This document shows, piece by piece, positions 8,545 through 18,270 of a stretch of 32,000 nucleotides of DNA (positions within the stretch are counted from its first letter, which is position 1; the number at the start of each line of letters is the position of its first letter). This DNA comes from Geobacter sulfurreducens PCA (GTDB taxonomy: Bacteria; Desulfobacterota; Desulfuromonadia; Geobacterales; Geobacteraceae). The notes beneath the pieces were generated by a model. That model worked only from the letters and a program-made list of their open reading frames with translations, was not told where the DNA came from and did not search any database. The DNA is taken from contig NC_002939.5 in assembly GCF_000007985.2 (NCBI RefSeq), positions 1,410,001 through 1,442,000 on the forward strand, read 5' to 3'. Both the position numbers and the translations under genes were made by a program.

Positions 8545-10251
8545 ATGACGTGGTTCCACAATTTAAAAATTGCATCTAAGCTGATAGTTGGTTTTGCTCT
8601 TGTTACCCTGATAGCTTGTGTTATAGGAGCTATTGGGATAACAAAAATAATGCAGATAGAAAAAGCCGATACAGAGATGTATGAGCTAAATGCAAAGCCA
8701 ATGGGACCTATCCTGACTACAGCTGTGGCTTTTCAGAGGATCAGGGTCAACTATCGTGAGATAGCACTGGAACAGACTAATGAAGGCAAGGTAAAGTTTT
8801 CCAACAGAATTAAAGAGTTGCAAAAGACAATAGATGACAATTTGCCCGAAATAGAAAAGTCTCTGAAGTCGGAAGAGACTAAGAAAGCCTACGCAGATAT
8901 AAAGGCAGAGTTGGCTAAGTTTGCCCCTCATCTTGACAAGATTGTGGCCCTGGCCATGGATGGGAAGAATGACCAGGCAGTGGCCTATATGAGGAGTGAC
9001 TCCGTGGCCGGGATCGCCCGGTCCGTGGACGACTCGATTCAGAAACTCGCTGACCTGAAAATTGATCTGGCCAAGAAGAAATCCGACGCCAATACCGCCG
9101 CCGCCAAGGCTGCGGTGGCGATGACGGGCATCATCCTCGTGCTCGGTGTTGCCCTGGCGGTCGGACTCGGCATATTCCTTTCCCGCATCATCAGCCGCCC
9201 GCTCAGATCGGCCGTGGACGTTTCGAACCGCCTGTCGGAAGGAGACCTGACCGTAACGATCGAAGCGACGAGCAAGGACGAGACGGGTCAGCTGCTTGCG
9301 GCGATGCACAACATGGTAGAGAAGCTGAAGGGCGTGGTAGCTGACGTGAAGAGCGCGGCAGACAACGTTGCCGCTGGCAGCCAGGAGCTCTCCTCCAGCT
9401 CCGAGGAGATGAGCCAGGGAGCCACCGAGCAGGCGGCCGCGGCCGAAGAGGCCTCCAGCTCCATGGAGCAGATGAGCTCCAACATCCGGCAGAACGCTGA
9501 CAACGCCACCCAGACCGAGAAGATCGCCCTGAAGAGCGCCGCCGATGCCAAGCAGGGCGGCACGGCCGTGGCAGAAACCGTCGTGGCCATGAAGGAAATC
9601 GCCTCCAAGATCTCGATCATCGAAGAGATAGCCCGCCAGACGAACCTGCTGGCGTTGAACGCAGCCATCGAAGCGGCGCGTGCCGGTGAGCACGGCAAAG
9701 GGTTCGCGGTGGTAGCGGCCGAGGTCAGAAAGCTTGCCGAGCGGAGCCAGAAGGCGGCGGGCGAGATCAGCGAGCTGTCTGCCTCCAGCGTTCAGGTAGC
9801 GGAAGAAGCCGGCGAGATGCTGACGCGGATCGTGCCGGACATCCAGCGTACCGCGGAATTGGTGCAGGAGATCAGCGCCGCGTGCAAGGAGCAGGACACG
9901 GGAGCGGAGCAGATCAACAAAGCTATCCAGCAGCTTGACCAGGTGATCCAGCAGAACGCCAGCGCCAGCGAAGAGATGGCGTCCACCAGCGAAGAGCTGG
10001 CCAGCCAGGCCGAACAGCTGCAGGAAACAATCGCCTTCTTCAAAACCGGCGAACAGGTGGGTTTGGTGCGCAAAGCGGCAGCAGTGCGCCAGTTCGCGGC
10101 CAAGAAAAAGGCAGCGATCCCTCATCTGGGTCACGGCACGTCCAACGGCTACCACGCCGAACCCGCGACGTCGCGGAAAGTGGCGGTGGGCGGCGGGGTA
10201 GACCTGAACCTGGACAGCGATCACCTTGACGACCAGTTCGAGAAATTCTAG
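8545..10251 (+). CDS. Methyl-accepting chemotaxis protein (4-helix-bundle-type periplasmic sensor)
   Basis: AAGGAGGA at 8533-8540, then ATG 8545. Layout is TM, about 170 aa of helical periplasmic region, TM, HAMP and the MCP signalling domain. C-terminal QFEKF. Confidence 0.95.
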   Translation: MTWFHNLKIASKLIVGFALVTLIACVIGAIGITKIMQIEKADTEMYELNAKPMGPILTTAVAFQRIRVNYREIALEQTNEGKVKFSNRIKELQKTIDDNLPEIEKSLKSEETKKAYADIKAELAKFAPHLDKIVALAMDGKNDQAVAYMRSDSVAGIARSVDDSIQKLADLKIDLAKKKSDANTAAAKAAVAMTGIILVLGVALAVGLGIFLSRIISRPLRSAVDVSNRLSEGDLTVTIEATSKDETGQLLAAMHNMVEKLKGVVADVKSAADNVAAGSQELSSSSEEMSQGATEQAAAAEEASSSMEQMSSNIRQNADNATQTEKIALKSAADAKQGGTAVAETVVAMKEIASKISIIEEIARQTNLLALNAAIEAARAGEHGKGFAVVAAEVRKLAERSQKAAGEISELSASSVQVAEEAGEMLTRIVPDIQRTAELVQEISAACKEQDTGAEQINKAIQQLDQVIQQNASASEEMASTSEELASQAEQLQETIAFFKTGEQVGLVRKAAAVRQFAAKKKAAIPHLGHGTSNGYHAEPATSRKVAVGGGVDLNLDSDHLDDQFEKF

Positions 10252-10728
10252 GAGGGAGCGATGGCACACGCAGACACAACGGAAACGCGGCAGTACCTGA
10301 CCTTCACTCTTGCCGGGGAAGTCTTTGGGGTGGACGTGGCCAAGGTCCGTGAGATATTGGAATGGAGCAGCATCACCAAGGTCCCGCAGACTCCCGAATT
10401 CATGCGCGGTGTGATCAACCTGCGGGGGAGCGTGGTTCCGGTGATCGACTTGCGGCAGAAATTCGGGATGCCTGAAACGGAGCGCAGCATCAACACGTGC
10501 ATCATCGTGGTTGAGGTAGAGACGGGAGCTGAGACACTGGTGCTGGGGATGCTTGCGGACTCAGTGCAGGAGGTGTTCGAGCTGGAGGGAGTGAACATCG
10601 AGCCTGCGCCCCGGATCGGGACGAAGTTGGACACCTCGTTCCTGAAGGGAATGGGGAAGCGCGGCGATGCCTTTCTGATGATCCTGGACATCGACCGGGT
10701 ATTCGGCGGCGATGATCTGGCCGGGCTG
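9245..10728 (+). repeat. Segmental duplication copy 1 (MCP 3' half + cheW)
   Basis: Near-identical to 11866-13343. The offset is 2621 and becomes 2615 after a 6-nt indel in a divergent linker (about 10021-10090). Confidence 0.92.
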
Positions 10729-10755
10729 GCCGCGGCAGGGGAGCGGGCAGCGTAG
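10261..10755 (+). CDS. cheW: Chemotaxis coupling protein CheW
   Basis: GGAGGGAG RBS overlaps the MCP stop. 164 aa with CheW-like sequence (YLTFTLAGEVFGVDVAKVREI, INLRGSVVPVIDLRQKFG, VLGMLADSV). Confidence 0.95.
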   Translation: MAHADTTETRQYLTFTLAGEVFGVDVAKVREILEWSSITKVPQTPEFMRGVINLRGSVVPVIDLRQKFGMPETERSINTCIIVVEVETGAETLVLGMLADSVQEVFELEGVNIEPAPRIGTKLDTSFLKGMGKRGDAFLMILDIDRVFGGDDLAGLAAAGERAA

Positions 10756-10783
10756 AAACAGAGAAAGACAAGGGCACTGCCCA

Positions 10784-10818
10784 ACGGCGCTCCGAACGAA
10801 CGGGGCGCCGTTTTTTTT
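10784..10818 (+). terminator. Rho-independent terminator after cheW
   Basis: Stem ACGGCGCTCCG (10784-10794) / CGGGGCGCCGT (10801-10811) with one G-U pair, followed by T8. Confidence 0.85.
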
Positions 10819-10943
10819 AAATAGCTGTCTGAGCGTTGTTCAGTCGGTTGATGGCTGATGGCCTTACAAGCTGCTTGTTAAACTATATCGTCAGTGGGTG
10901 AGGGGGTAATAATTAAGTCTGTAAGGGTATACGACTTGAGGTG

Positions 10944-10985
10944 TCAGGGATTTCCTGATGTGCCGGGTAGTGGTGATCCCGATAG
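10944..10985 (+). promoter_or_regulatory. Putative MCP promoter: TCAGGGATTTCCTGA palindrome plus CCCGATAG -10-like box
   Basis: Palindrome at 10944-10958 (7-1-7 with one mismatched pair). CCGATA at 10979-10984, exactly 35 nt after the palindrome start. This would leave a 5' UTR of about 185 nt before the ATG at 11175. Confidence 0.5.
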
Positions 10986-11174
10986 ATATAATGGTGGTAA
11001 AAAATAGGCGGCAAATTTTATGGTGGTTAAAGCCGGGGTCGGTTGGGCAGGCACTACGTGTGACGAATAGAATGGTTATTGGAAAATGGTCTGACAACGG
11101 TATATATCAAATCGTTTTCAGGTCGACAGCGGTAGAAGTGCAATATGTTGCTTCACTTATCCAAGGAGGATGGT

Positions 11175-12866
11175 ATGCGTATCGGTGATCTCAAAATTGG
11201 CGTACGGCTTGGTATTGGATTTGGTGTTTTGCTCGTCCTACTGGGTGTCGTTACCGTGGTCGGCATCAATGGTATGAAGGAGATTAACTCAAAGCTGGAT
11301 CGCATTCTCAAGGTCAACTATGGGAAGATCAAGAATGCCAATGAAGTCTCTATGGTCGTTGGCGATTTGATGGGCAAGATCAATGAAATAATGCTCAAGG
11401 ACGTGAATGAGCGGCCTGCAATCAAACAGGAAATTGAAAAATTGCGGAGCGATTACCGCTCTGCCCTGGAGAGGCTTGAACAACTGGAGCAGACGGATCA
11501 GGGCAAACAATTGATCGCCGGTGCCAAATCCGCTATTGATAATGCCAAAAAGGCCAATAACGACATCATCGAGCTGAGTCTTGCCGGGAAAACCGATCAG
11601 GCTCTGATAGTTTACAACAAGGAAGGCGCCCCCCTATCGCAAAAGATCGTGACGGCATTCAAGAATATCGTGAAGTATCAGGAAGAGCGGATGGAGCTGC
11701 GCTACGCTGAAGCGCTGAAAGCCTACGGCACCTCCCGGGCCGTTGCACTCGGTGTTGCTTTCTGCGCAGCGATCATCGGCATTCTTATCAGCCTGTTTGC
11801 GACCAGGAGCATTACGCGTCCCCTCGACAAAGCCGTATCGGTATCCAATGAACTGGCAGAGGGGAACCTGACCGTAACGATCGAAGCGACGAGCAAGGAC
11901 GAGACGGGTCAGCTGCTTGCGGCGATGCACAACATGGTAGAGAAGCTGAAGGGCGTGGTAGCTGACGTGAAGAGCGCGGCGGACAACGTTGCCGCCGGCA
12001 GCCAGGAGCTCTCCTCCAGCTCCGAGGAGATGAGCCAGGGAGCCACCGAGCAGGCGGCCGCGGCCGAAGAGGCCTCCAGCTCCATGGAGCAGATGAGCTC
12101 CAACATCCGGCAGAACGCTGACAACGCCACCCAGACCGAGAAGATCGCCCTGAAGAGCGCCACGGATGCCCGCGAGGGTGGCAAGGCTGTTGCCGGCACG
12201 GTGAGTGCCATGAAGGAAATCGCCTCCAAGATCTCGATCATCGAGGAGATAGCCCGTCAGACGAACCTGCTGGCGTTGAACGCAGCCATCGAAGCGGCGC
12301 GTGCCGGTGAGCACGGCAAAGGGTTCGCGGTGGTAGCGGCCGAGGTCAGAAAGCTTGCCGAACGGAGCCAGAAGGCAGCGGGCGAGATCAGCGAGCTGTC
12401 TGCCTCCAGCGTTCAGGTAGCGGAAGAAGCCGGCGAGATGCTGACGCGAATCGTGCCGGACATCCAGCGTACCGCGGAACTGGTGCAGGAGATCAGCGCC
12501 GCGTGCAAGGAGCAGGACACGGGAGCGGAGCAGATCAACAAAGCTATCCAGCAGCTTGACCAGGTGATCCAGCAGAACGCCAGCGCCAGCGAAGAGATGG
12601 CGTCCACCAGCGAAGAGCTGGCCAGTCAGGCCGAACAGCTGCAGGCCACCATTTCATTCTTCCGGACCGATGATCGTGGCGCGTCAAGCCGGAGCGCGGT
12701 CCATCGTCCCGTTGCCAAGAAAAAGGCAGCGATCCCTCATCTGGGTCACGGCACGTCCAACGGCTACCACGCCGAACCCGCGACGTCGCGGAAAGTGGCG
12801 GTGGGCGGCGGGGTAAACCTGAACCTGGACAGCGATCACCTTGACGACCAGTTCGAGAAATTCTAG
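11175..12866 (+). CDS. Methyl-accepting chemotaxis protein (4-helix-bundle-type sensor)
   Basis: AGGAGGA at 11164-11170, then ATG 11175 ([25 protein letters not shown]). The track start at 11145 is an upstream extension. TM, helical periplasmic region, TM, HAMP and MCP signalling domain. C-terminal QFEKF. Confidence 0.94.
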   Translation: MRIGDLKIGVRLGIGFGVLLVLLGVVTVVGINGMKEINSKLDRILKVNYGKIKNANEVSMVVGDLMGKINEIMLKDVNERPAIKQEIEKLRSDYRSALERLEQLEQTDQGKQLIAGAKSAIDNAKKANNDIIELSLAGKTDQALIVYNKEGAPLSQKIVTAFKNIVKYQEERMELRYAEALKAYGTSRAVALGVAFCAAIIGILISLFATRSITRPLDKAVSVSNELAEGNLTVTIEATSKDETGQLLAAMHNMVEKLKGVVADVKSAADNVAAGSQELSSSSEEMSQGATEQAAAAEEASSSMEQMSSNIRQNADNATQTEKIALKSATDAREGGKAVAGTVSAMKEIASKISIIEEIARQTNLLALNAAIEAARAGEHGKGFAVVAAEVRKLAERSQKAAGEISELSASSVQVAEEAGEMLTRIVPDIQRTAELVQEISAACKEQDTGAEQINKAIQQLDQVIQQNASASEEMASTSEELASQAEQLQATISFFRTDDRGASSRSAVHRPVAKKKAAIPHLGHGTSNGYHAEPATSRKVAVGGGVNLNLDSDHLDDQFEKF

Positions 12867-13343
12867 GAGGGAGCGATGGCACACGCAGACGCAACGGAAA
12901 CGCGGCAGTACCTGACCTTCACTCTTGCCGGGGAAGTCTTTGGGGTGGACGTGGCCAAGGTCCGTGAGATATTGGAATGGAGCAGCATCACCAAGGTCCC
13001 GCAGACTCCCGAATTCATGCGCGGTGTGATCAACCTGCGGGGGAGCGTGGTTCCGGTGATCGACTTGCGGCAGAAATTCGGGATGCCTGAAACGGAGCGC
13101 AGCATCAACACGTGCATCATCGTGGTTGAGGTAGAGACGGGAGCTGAGACACTGGTGCTGGGGATGCTTGCGGACTCAGTGCAGGAGGTGTTCGAGCTGG
13201 AGGGAGTGAACATCGAGCCTGCGCCCCGGATCGGGACGAAGTTGGACACCTCGTTCCTGAAGGGAATGGGGAAGCGCGGCGATGCCTTTCTGATGATCCT
13301 GGACATCGACCGGGTCTTCGGCGGTGATGACTTGGCCGGGCTG
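11866..13343 (+). repeat. Segmental duplication copy 2 (MCP 3' half + cheW)
   Basis: Partner of 9245-10728. The first ~440 nt of the two cheW copies differ at a single base (10276 A versus 12891 G, by hand alignment). Confidence 0.92.
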
Positions 13344-13370
13344 ACGACATTGGAGCAGACGGCGGCATAG
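12876..13370 (+). CDS. cheW: Chemotaxis coupling protein CheW (second copy)
   Basis: Same RBS and spacing as copy 1. The protein is identical to copy 1 except T5A and the last ~8 residues. Confidence 0.95.
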   Translation: MAHADATETRQYLTFTLAGEVFGVDVAKVREILEWSSITKVPQTPEFMRGVINLRGSVVPVIDLRQKFGMPETERSINTCIIVVEVETGAETLVLGMLADSVQEVFELEGVNIEPAPRIGTKLDTSFLKGMGKRGDAFLMILDIDRVFGGDDLAGLTTLEQTAA

Positions 13371-13402
13371 CCTGCTGAAGTGATTGGTTACACGGCTGCA
13401 TT

Positions 13403-13430
13403 GCGCCCCGGTTGTTCGGGGCGCTTTTTT
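13403..13430 (+). terminator. Rho-independent terminator after the second cheW
   Basis: Stem GCGCCCCG (13403-13410) / CGGGGCGC (13417-13424), followed by T6. Confidence 0.85.
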
Positions 13431-13544
13431 GTGTTGTCCATGGTGTCTTCTGAGCACGTTCCGGCTGTTCCCTCCCCCTGGGGGGGACTGAAGGGGGACA
13501 CTTGTCTGCTGGCCGGCCGTCGCCATGGCGTAGTGGGGGACTGA

Positions 13545-13586
13545 TCGGGAAATTCCCGGTAAAGAACGTTCCATTTTTACCGATAT
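13545..13586 (+). promoter_or_regulatory. Sigma-28 (FliA/SigD)-type promoter preceded by the palindrome TCGGGAAATTCCCGG
   Basis: TAAA (13560-13563), N15, ACCGATAT (13579-13586), against the consensus TAAA-N15-GCCGATAT/AA. The palindrome at 13545-13559 abuts the -35, and CCGATA begins 35 nt after the palindrome start. Confidence 0.6.
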
Positions 13587-13685
13587 TATTAAATACATCC
13601 CTTCGGAAACACCGCTCTCATTTCCGGCTTGTATGGTGTTCAATGGGGGTATCTCAGGGTTCAGGTGAAAGAGAAACGTATCGAG

Positions 13686-16193
13686 ATGACCCCCAAGAAG
13701 CATGCCCAATCGCTCAAAAACAGACTTCTGAGGATAAACCTGCTGCTGCTTTGTGTGGCATCCCTTGCGATTGTCCTGGTAGTCAATGTGGCCCAGAAAC
13801 AGCTTGCACTCATTGATGCCGGCAGGGATGCCGAACGAATCCTTGCGCGCTACCTTGCTATCCATACGTACTTCAATCAGCAGCTCAAGCCACGACTTCT
13901 CGCTCTGACGAAACCGCTACGCGACAAGGAGTACTTCGATCCGGCCTGGATGTCCTCTACCTATGCGGTCCGGGAGATCGACAAGATATTTCAGACCCGA
14001 CACGGCAAGGGGTATTACTATAAGGAGTGCGCCATCAACGCCCGGAGTCCCCTGAACGAGGCCGACTCCTTCGAGCGTGCGTTCCTGGAGCGGGCCGGCC
14101 GTGACGCGGCGGTGACCTCGTTCAATGGCGTGCGGAAGATCGACGGCAAACCGTTTTTCGTTTCCATGGTCCGGGGTGAAACCATGGAAAAGCCGTGCCT
14201 GCTCTGCCATAGCAGCCCGGAGAAGGCCCCCGCCGGACTTGTCCACAACTATGGAGCCGAGCGGAGTTTTGGCCGTCACGAACATGAGCTTGTGTCGGCT
14301 GTCTCAATCCGCATCCCCCTGGCTTCGACCTATGCCGAGGCCAACAGCTTTTCCCTTAAGCTGTCGGCGCTGCTCTTCGGTATCATTGCCGCTCTTTTCG
14401 CCGTCCAGAACCGGATTTTCGAGCGTCTCGTCCTGAAACCCCTGGCCGTTGTCACCGAGGGGGCCCGTCGGATTGCCCACGACCGCCGCTATCTCGGAGA
14501 GCAGCTTCCCCTCGATCACGGCCGCGAAATGAACGAACTCGCCGCATCATTCAATGTGATGTCGACCGAGCTCCATACCTTCATCCACAATCTGGAGGAA
14601 AAGGTCGAGGAAAAGACCGCAGAGCTGATCCTGGCGCGCAAGGATGCCGAAGAGGCGAGCCGCGCTAAGAGTGATTTCCTGGCAACCATGAGCCATGAGA
14701 TCCGCACTCCCATGAATGCCATCATCGGCATCAACCAGCTCCTGGTCGACACTCCGCTTACTCAGGAGCAACGCCGCCTGTTGGATGACTCGACCACTGC
14801 CGCCGAGTCGTTGCTGATCATCATCAACGATATCCTTGACTTGTCGCGGGTGGAGGCCCGGCGCCTGGAGCTGTTTCCAGAGGCGGTCGAGCTGCGCTCC
14901 TTTGTCGAATCGCTCCGGCGCCTGTTCGCCGTGCAGGCAACGCGCAAGCAGATCAGCCTCAGTGTCAGCGTGGGCGAGGGGACGCCCCGGTTCGTCTGGT
15001 GCGATCCGGCTCGCCTCCGTCAGATACTGACCAATCTTCTGTCCAATGCCCTCAAGTTTACGCCGACGGGCGGCGTGGTCACCATGGTCGCAGACCAGGC
15101 TCCCGCCGGTGCCGGACTGGTCTTCACCGTCAGCGATACCGGCATCGGGATCGATAAGGCCAAGCAGGAGAGTATCTTCGAGATGTTCCGCCAGGCTGAT
15201 TCCTCGACTACTCGCATCTACGGCGGAACCGGCCTCGGTCTCGCCATTACGAAGGGGCTCGTGGAATTGATGGGAGGAACGATCGCCGTGGAGAGCGAAC
15301 CGGGCAGTGGCGCCACGTTCAGCGTGTGTCTCCCCCTGGAGCCGGCTGATGGCCCGCAGTTCCACGACTGCGCCGCCGAAAACCAGGAGCAGGACAGGGA
15401 GCTGCCGTCCCTTGAGGTTCTCCTGGTTGAGGACAATGATTTGAACCGGACCGTGGCCGTCGGGCTCCTCACGGCCCTCAACCAGCGGGTGACCGCCGTC
15501 ACCAACGGCCGGGAGGCCATCGACGTCCTCCGTGACCGGGATTTCGAACTGGTGTTCATGGATATTTCGATGCCCGAAATGGACGGCATCGAGGCCACCT
15601 GGGCGATTCGCCGGGGAGAGGCCGGTGAGCGGGCGCGGTCGACGCCCATCGTCTTCCTCACGGCCCATGCTCTGGCGGCCGACCGTGAGCGGTGCCTGGA
15701 AGCGGACGTGACCGGCTATCTTACCAAACCTCTGCTGCGGGAAGAGCTTCGCAGGATGATCCTTTTATGTGCCGAGGGTGAGCAGATGCATCCGCCCGTC
15801 GGAACGACTCCACCGTCAGGCGATCCTGCGCGCTTCTTCCCGTTCGATCTGGAGTTTCAGCGGAGACAGTTCACCGAAGCCGGTCTTGACCACGCAGTGG
15901 AAGAACTCTTGTCCACGTTTGCCCAGTCAGCGTTCAAACTGTGCGACCGGATCGACGAATGCCTCGCTGCCGGCGACTATGCCGGCGCCGCCGCTGCTGC
16001 TCACACCCTCAAGGGAGCTGCGGCAACGGTAGGGGCACCTCTCGTTGCCAGCTGCGCCGCCAAGGTGGAGGCGGCGGTACGGTCGAGCGACGGTGCCGCT
16101 GCCTCCCGCCGTCTCAGCCGATTGAGAGGAGAAGTCACCCGTGCGCAGGCCGCGATTATCCCCGCGTCCGATCACGCGCGCTCGTGGCATTGA
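13686..16193 (+). CDS. Hybrid histidine kinase with a heme-c-type (DUF3365/Tll0287-like, CXXCH) periplasmic sensor, HAMP, HisKA, HATPase, REC and HPt
   Basis: ATG 13686 (MTPKKHAQ...) is preferred; TTG 13629 and GTG 13665 are alternatives. CLLCH at 14196-14210 lies between two TM segments. H-box [13 protein letters not shown], then [18 protein letters not shown]. Receiver [11 protein letters not shown]...[10 protein letters not shown]...TKP. HPt motif [13 protein letters not shown]. Confidence 0.88.
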   Translation: MTPKKHAQSLKNRLLRINLLLLCVASLAIVLVVNVAQKQLALIDAGRDAERILARYLAIHTYFNQQLKPRLLALTKPLRDKEYFDPAWMSSTYAVREIDKIFQTRHGKGYYYKECAINARSPLNEADSFERAFLERAGRDAAVTSFNGVRKIDGKPFFVSMVRGETMEKPCLLCHSSPEKAPAGLVHNYGAERSFGRHEHELVSAVSIRIPLASTYAEANSFSLKLSALLFGIIAALFAVQNRIFERLVLKPLAVVTEGARRIAHDRRYLGEQLPLDHGREMNELAASFNVMSTELHTFIHNLEEKVEEKTAELILARKDAEEASRAKSDFLATMSHEIRTPMNAIIGINQLLVDTPLTQEQRRLLDDSTTAAESLLIIINDILDLSRVEARRLELFPEAVELRSFVESLRRLFAVQATRKQISLSVSVGEGTPRFVWCDPARLRQILTNLLSNALKFTPTGGVVTMVADQAPAGAGLVFTVSDTGIGIDKAKQESIFEMFRQADSSTTRIYGGTGLGLAITKGLVELMGGTIAVESEPGSGATFSVCLPLEPADGPQFHDCAAENQEQDRELPSLEVLLVEDNDLNRTVAVGLLTALNQRVTAVTNGREAIDVLRDRDFELVFMDISMPEMDGIEATWAIRRGEAGERARSTPIVFLTAHALAADRERCLEADVTGYLTKPLLREELRRMILLCAEGEQMHPPVGTTPPSGDPARFFPFDLEFQRRQFTEAGLDHAVEELLSTFAQSAFKLCDRIDECLAAGDYAGAAAAAHTLKGAAATVGAPLVASCAAKVEAAVRSSDGAAASRRLSRLRGEVTRAQAAIIPASDHARSWH

Positions 16194-16296
16194 AATGTGC
16201 CGAGCCCGCTGCTCGTGATGGCACTCCGGCACGGCCGGAGAGCCATTTGTCTTTTCGGGCAACGGAGTTTCATGGATTCTGAGGCTCGTTCGCTGA

Positions 16297-16315
16297 TATC
16301 AGGAAATTCCTGATA
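16297..16315. promoter_or_regulatory. Perfect 19-bp palindrome TATCAGGAAATTCCTGATA (best copy of the MCP-upstream element)
   Basis: 9-1-9 perfect inverted repeat, 104 nt after the kinase stop and 235 nt before the MCP ATG at 16550. There is no CCGATA box at +35. Confidence 0.4.
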
Positions 16316-16549
16316 GCGGGCACCTGTTCATCTCTGCGGCAGCATCGGGAAACGTGTGGGGCATAGGCAGGAAGATGTAATGATGCCGGGGCAGTTGCGG
16401 CGCGTGCTCCCGGCAGTTTATTCCCAGGTATGGTATACGCGGTTATAAAACTGCTGTTGGTTCGGCATGGCCGTTAAATCATCGTTAAAGATGGGTGGCG
16501 GGCCGTCGAAAGATATCTCTAGCACATTGTGAATGTTCGGGAGGTATGC

Positions 16550-18034
16550 ATGGGATTGCGCAACATGACTATCCGGTGGAAGCTCATTGCCATGACCGCG
16601 ATAATCGTTGTTCTGACGGCAACGGTGATCACAGCCATTTGCCTTGCGCGGTTCAAGGCCGATCTGATGAGGGTTGCCACGGTTTCCCAGGAAACGCGGC
16701 TCAAGACTCTCTGGGAACTGCTCCGTCAGAAGGGAGCCAACGCCCGGATCGACAATGGCAGGCTCATGGTCGGCGAGTACGTGGTAAACGACAACTTTGA
16801 GATTCCCGACAAGGTGAAGGATCTTTGCGGCGGGACGGCAACCATCTTCATGGGCGACCTGCGGGTTTCCACCAACGTCAAGAAGGAGGACGGCAGCCGC
16901 GCCATCGGCACAAAGCTCCAGGGGCCCGCCTATGATACAATTTTCAAGCAAGGGAAACCTTACCGCGGCGAAGCGAATATTCTCGGCGTTCCCTACTTTA
17001 CGTCCTATGATCCGCTCCGGGATGCGAGCGGTGCGATCATCGGCGTGCTGTACGTCGGCGTAAAGAAAAGTGAGTTCTTCGAATCTTACGATCGCCTCAA
17101 GCTGATCATCGTCGGCAGCGCAGTGGGCACGGTTCTGCTGGCGTGTCTTGTGGCCGGGTTCGTGTCGGGACGGCTCGTGCGCCCGCTGCGCGACGCAGTT
17201 GCCACCGTAGACCGGCTGGCCACGGGCGATCTTTCCGTTGCCGTTGAAGCAAAGGGGACGGATGAGATCGGTCGCCTGCTTGCCGCCATGGGCAATATGG
17301 TGAGCAAGCTCAGGGAGGTAGTCACCAGTGTCAAGTCTGCTTCGGACAACGTGGCCGCCGGTGCCCGCGAGCTGTCCGTAAGCGCCGAGGAGATGAGCGA
17401 GGGGGCCACCGAGCAGGCGGCAGCGGCAGAGCAGGCGTCCGGCAACATGGAGGAGATGAGCGGTTCTATCAGACACACTGCCGATAATGCGGTCCAGACC
17501 GAGAAAATTGCCGGCAAGAGCGCCGCGGATGCCCGCGAGGGAGGGGAGGCGGTTGCCGAGACCGTATCGGCCATGAAGGTTATCGCCGGCAAGATCGCGA
17601 TCATTGAAGAGATCGCCCGCCAGACGAATCTGCTGGCCCTGAACGCGGCCATCGAGGCGGCCCGGGCCGGCGAGCACGGCAAGGGGTTCGCGGTGGTGGC
17701 CTCCGAGGTGCGCAAGCTGGCCGAACGGAGTCAGAAAGCTGCGGGAGAGATCGGTGAGTTGTCCGCATCCAGCGTGCGAATCGCGGAGAAGGCTGGAGAG
17801 ATGCTTGCCCGCATGATTCCCGATATTCAGCGGACCGCAGAACTGGTGCAGGAGATCAGCGCGGCGTGCAAGGAGCAGGATTCCGGCGCGGACCAGATTA
17901 ACAGGGCCATCCAGCAACTGGACAACGTGATCCAGCAGAACGCCTCCACCAGCGAGGAAATGGCGTCCACCAGCGAAGAACTGGCGAGTCAGGCCGAACA
18001 GCTCCAGGCAACCATAGCCTTTTTTAACATCTGA
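16550..18034 (+). CDS. Methyl-accepting chemotaxis protein with a single-Cache-type sensor
   Basis: GGGAGG at 16539-16544, then ATG 16550 ([22 protein letters not shown]). Cache-like stretch [30 protein letters not shown]...[32 protein letters not shown] and MCP domain follow. Ends ATIAFFNI, with no C-terminal tail or pentapeptide. Confidence 0.92.
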   Translation: MGLRNMTIRWKLIAMTAIIVVLTATVITAICLARFKADLMRVATVSQETRLKTLWELLRQKGANARIDNGRLMVGEYVVNDNFEIPDKVKDLCGGTATIFMGDLRVSTNVKKEDGSRAIGTKLQGPAYDTIFKQGKPYRGEANILGVPYFTSYDPLRDASGAIIGVLYVGVKKSEFFESYDRLKLIIVGSAVGTVLLACLVAGFVSGRLVRPLRDAVATVDRLATGDLSVAVEAKGTDEIGRLLAAMGNMVSKLREVVTSVKSASDNVAAGARELSVSAEEMSEGATEQAAAAEQASGNMEEMSGSIRHTADNAVQTEKIAGKSAADAREGGEAVAETVSAMKVIAGKIAIIEEIARQTNLLALNAAIEAARAGEHGKGFAVVASEVRKLAERSQKAAGEIGELSASSVRIAEKAGEMLARMIPDIQRTAELVQEISAACKEQDSGADQINRAIQQLDNVIQQNASTSEEMASTSEELASQAEQLQATIAFFNI

Positions 18035-18060
18035 GAAATTCCCCTGATAGGTGAGGTGAT

Positions 18061-18088
18061 AAACCGCGGCGAGTGCCGCGGTTTTTTT
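18061..18088 (+). terminator. Rho-independent terminator
   Basis: Stem AAACCGCGGC (18061-18070) / GCCGCGGTTT (18075-18084), followed by a T-run to 18088. Confidence 0.85.
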
Positions 18089-18270
18089 ATTATCTGTAAG
18101 TGTCAGTTTGTCGTGTTGTTAGACCAATTGTTTTAGTTGGTGGGCCTTTGTTTTAAAAAAACTCCTCAAGGTTTTACTGGGTAAACCGATACACGCAATA
18201 GTTGGAGTGAAATAAGGTTTTTCGGAGATGAGTCCGGGAAAACCCTGAGTAACTGGAAGGAGAGGTGTCA

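Noticed and set aside
10991-11070. Repeated ATGGTGGT (10991-10998 and 11020-11027) and AATGGT motifs in the ~185-nt leader of the MCP at 11175; considered as a riboswitch (for example a GEMM-type) or a CsrA site.
   Set aside because: No match to the conserved GEMM cores as I remember them (CACGCACAGGGCAAACC..., GGGACGCAAAGCC). There are no AnGGA hairpin loops. The repeats may be incidental.
10958-11188. 76-aa plus-strand ORF in the MCP leader, together with small intergenic ORFs such as 8375-8575, 10891-11097 and 18174-18416.
   Set aside because: They have no RBS and no recognisable motifs, and they overlap the predicted promoter or leader sequence. Treated as noise.
13480-13549. G-runs and a GGGGGACTGA direct repeat (13482-13491 and 13535-13544) considered as a G-quadruplex or repeat element.
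   Set aside because: The runs are separated by up to 38 nt, which is too far for a canonical G4. With only two copies I have no further support.
16446-16477. TAAA ... GCCGTTAA as a sigma-28 promoter for the Cache-type MCP.
   Set aside because: The spacer is 19-20 nt instead of 15 and the -10 deviates from CCGATA.
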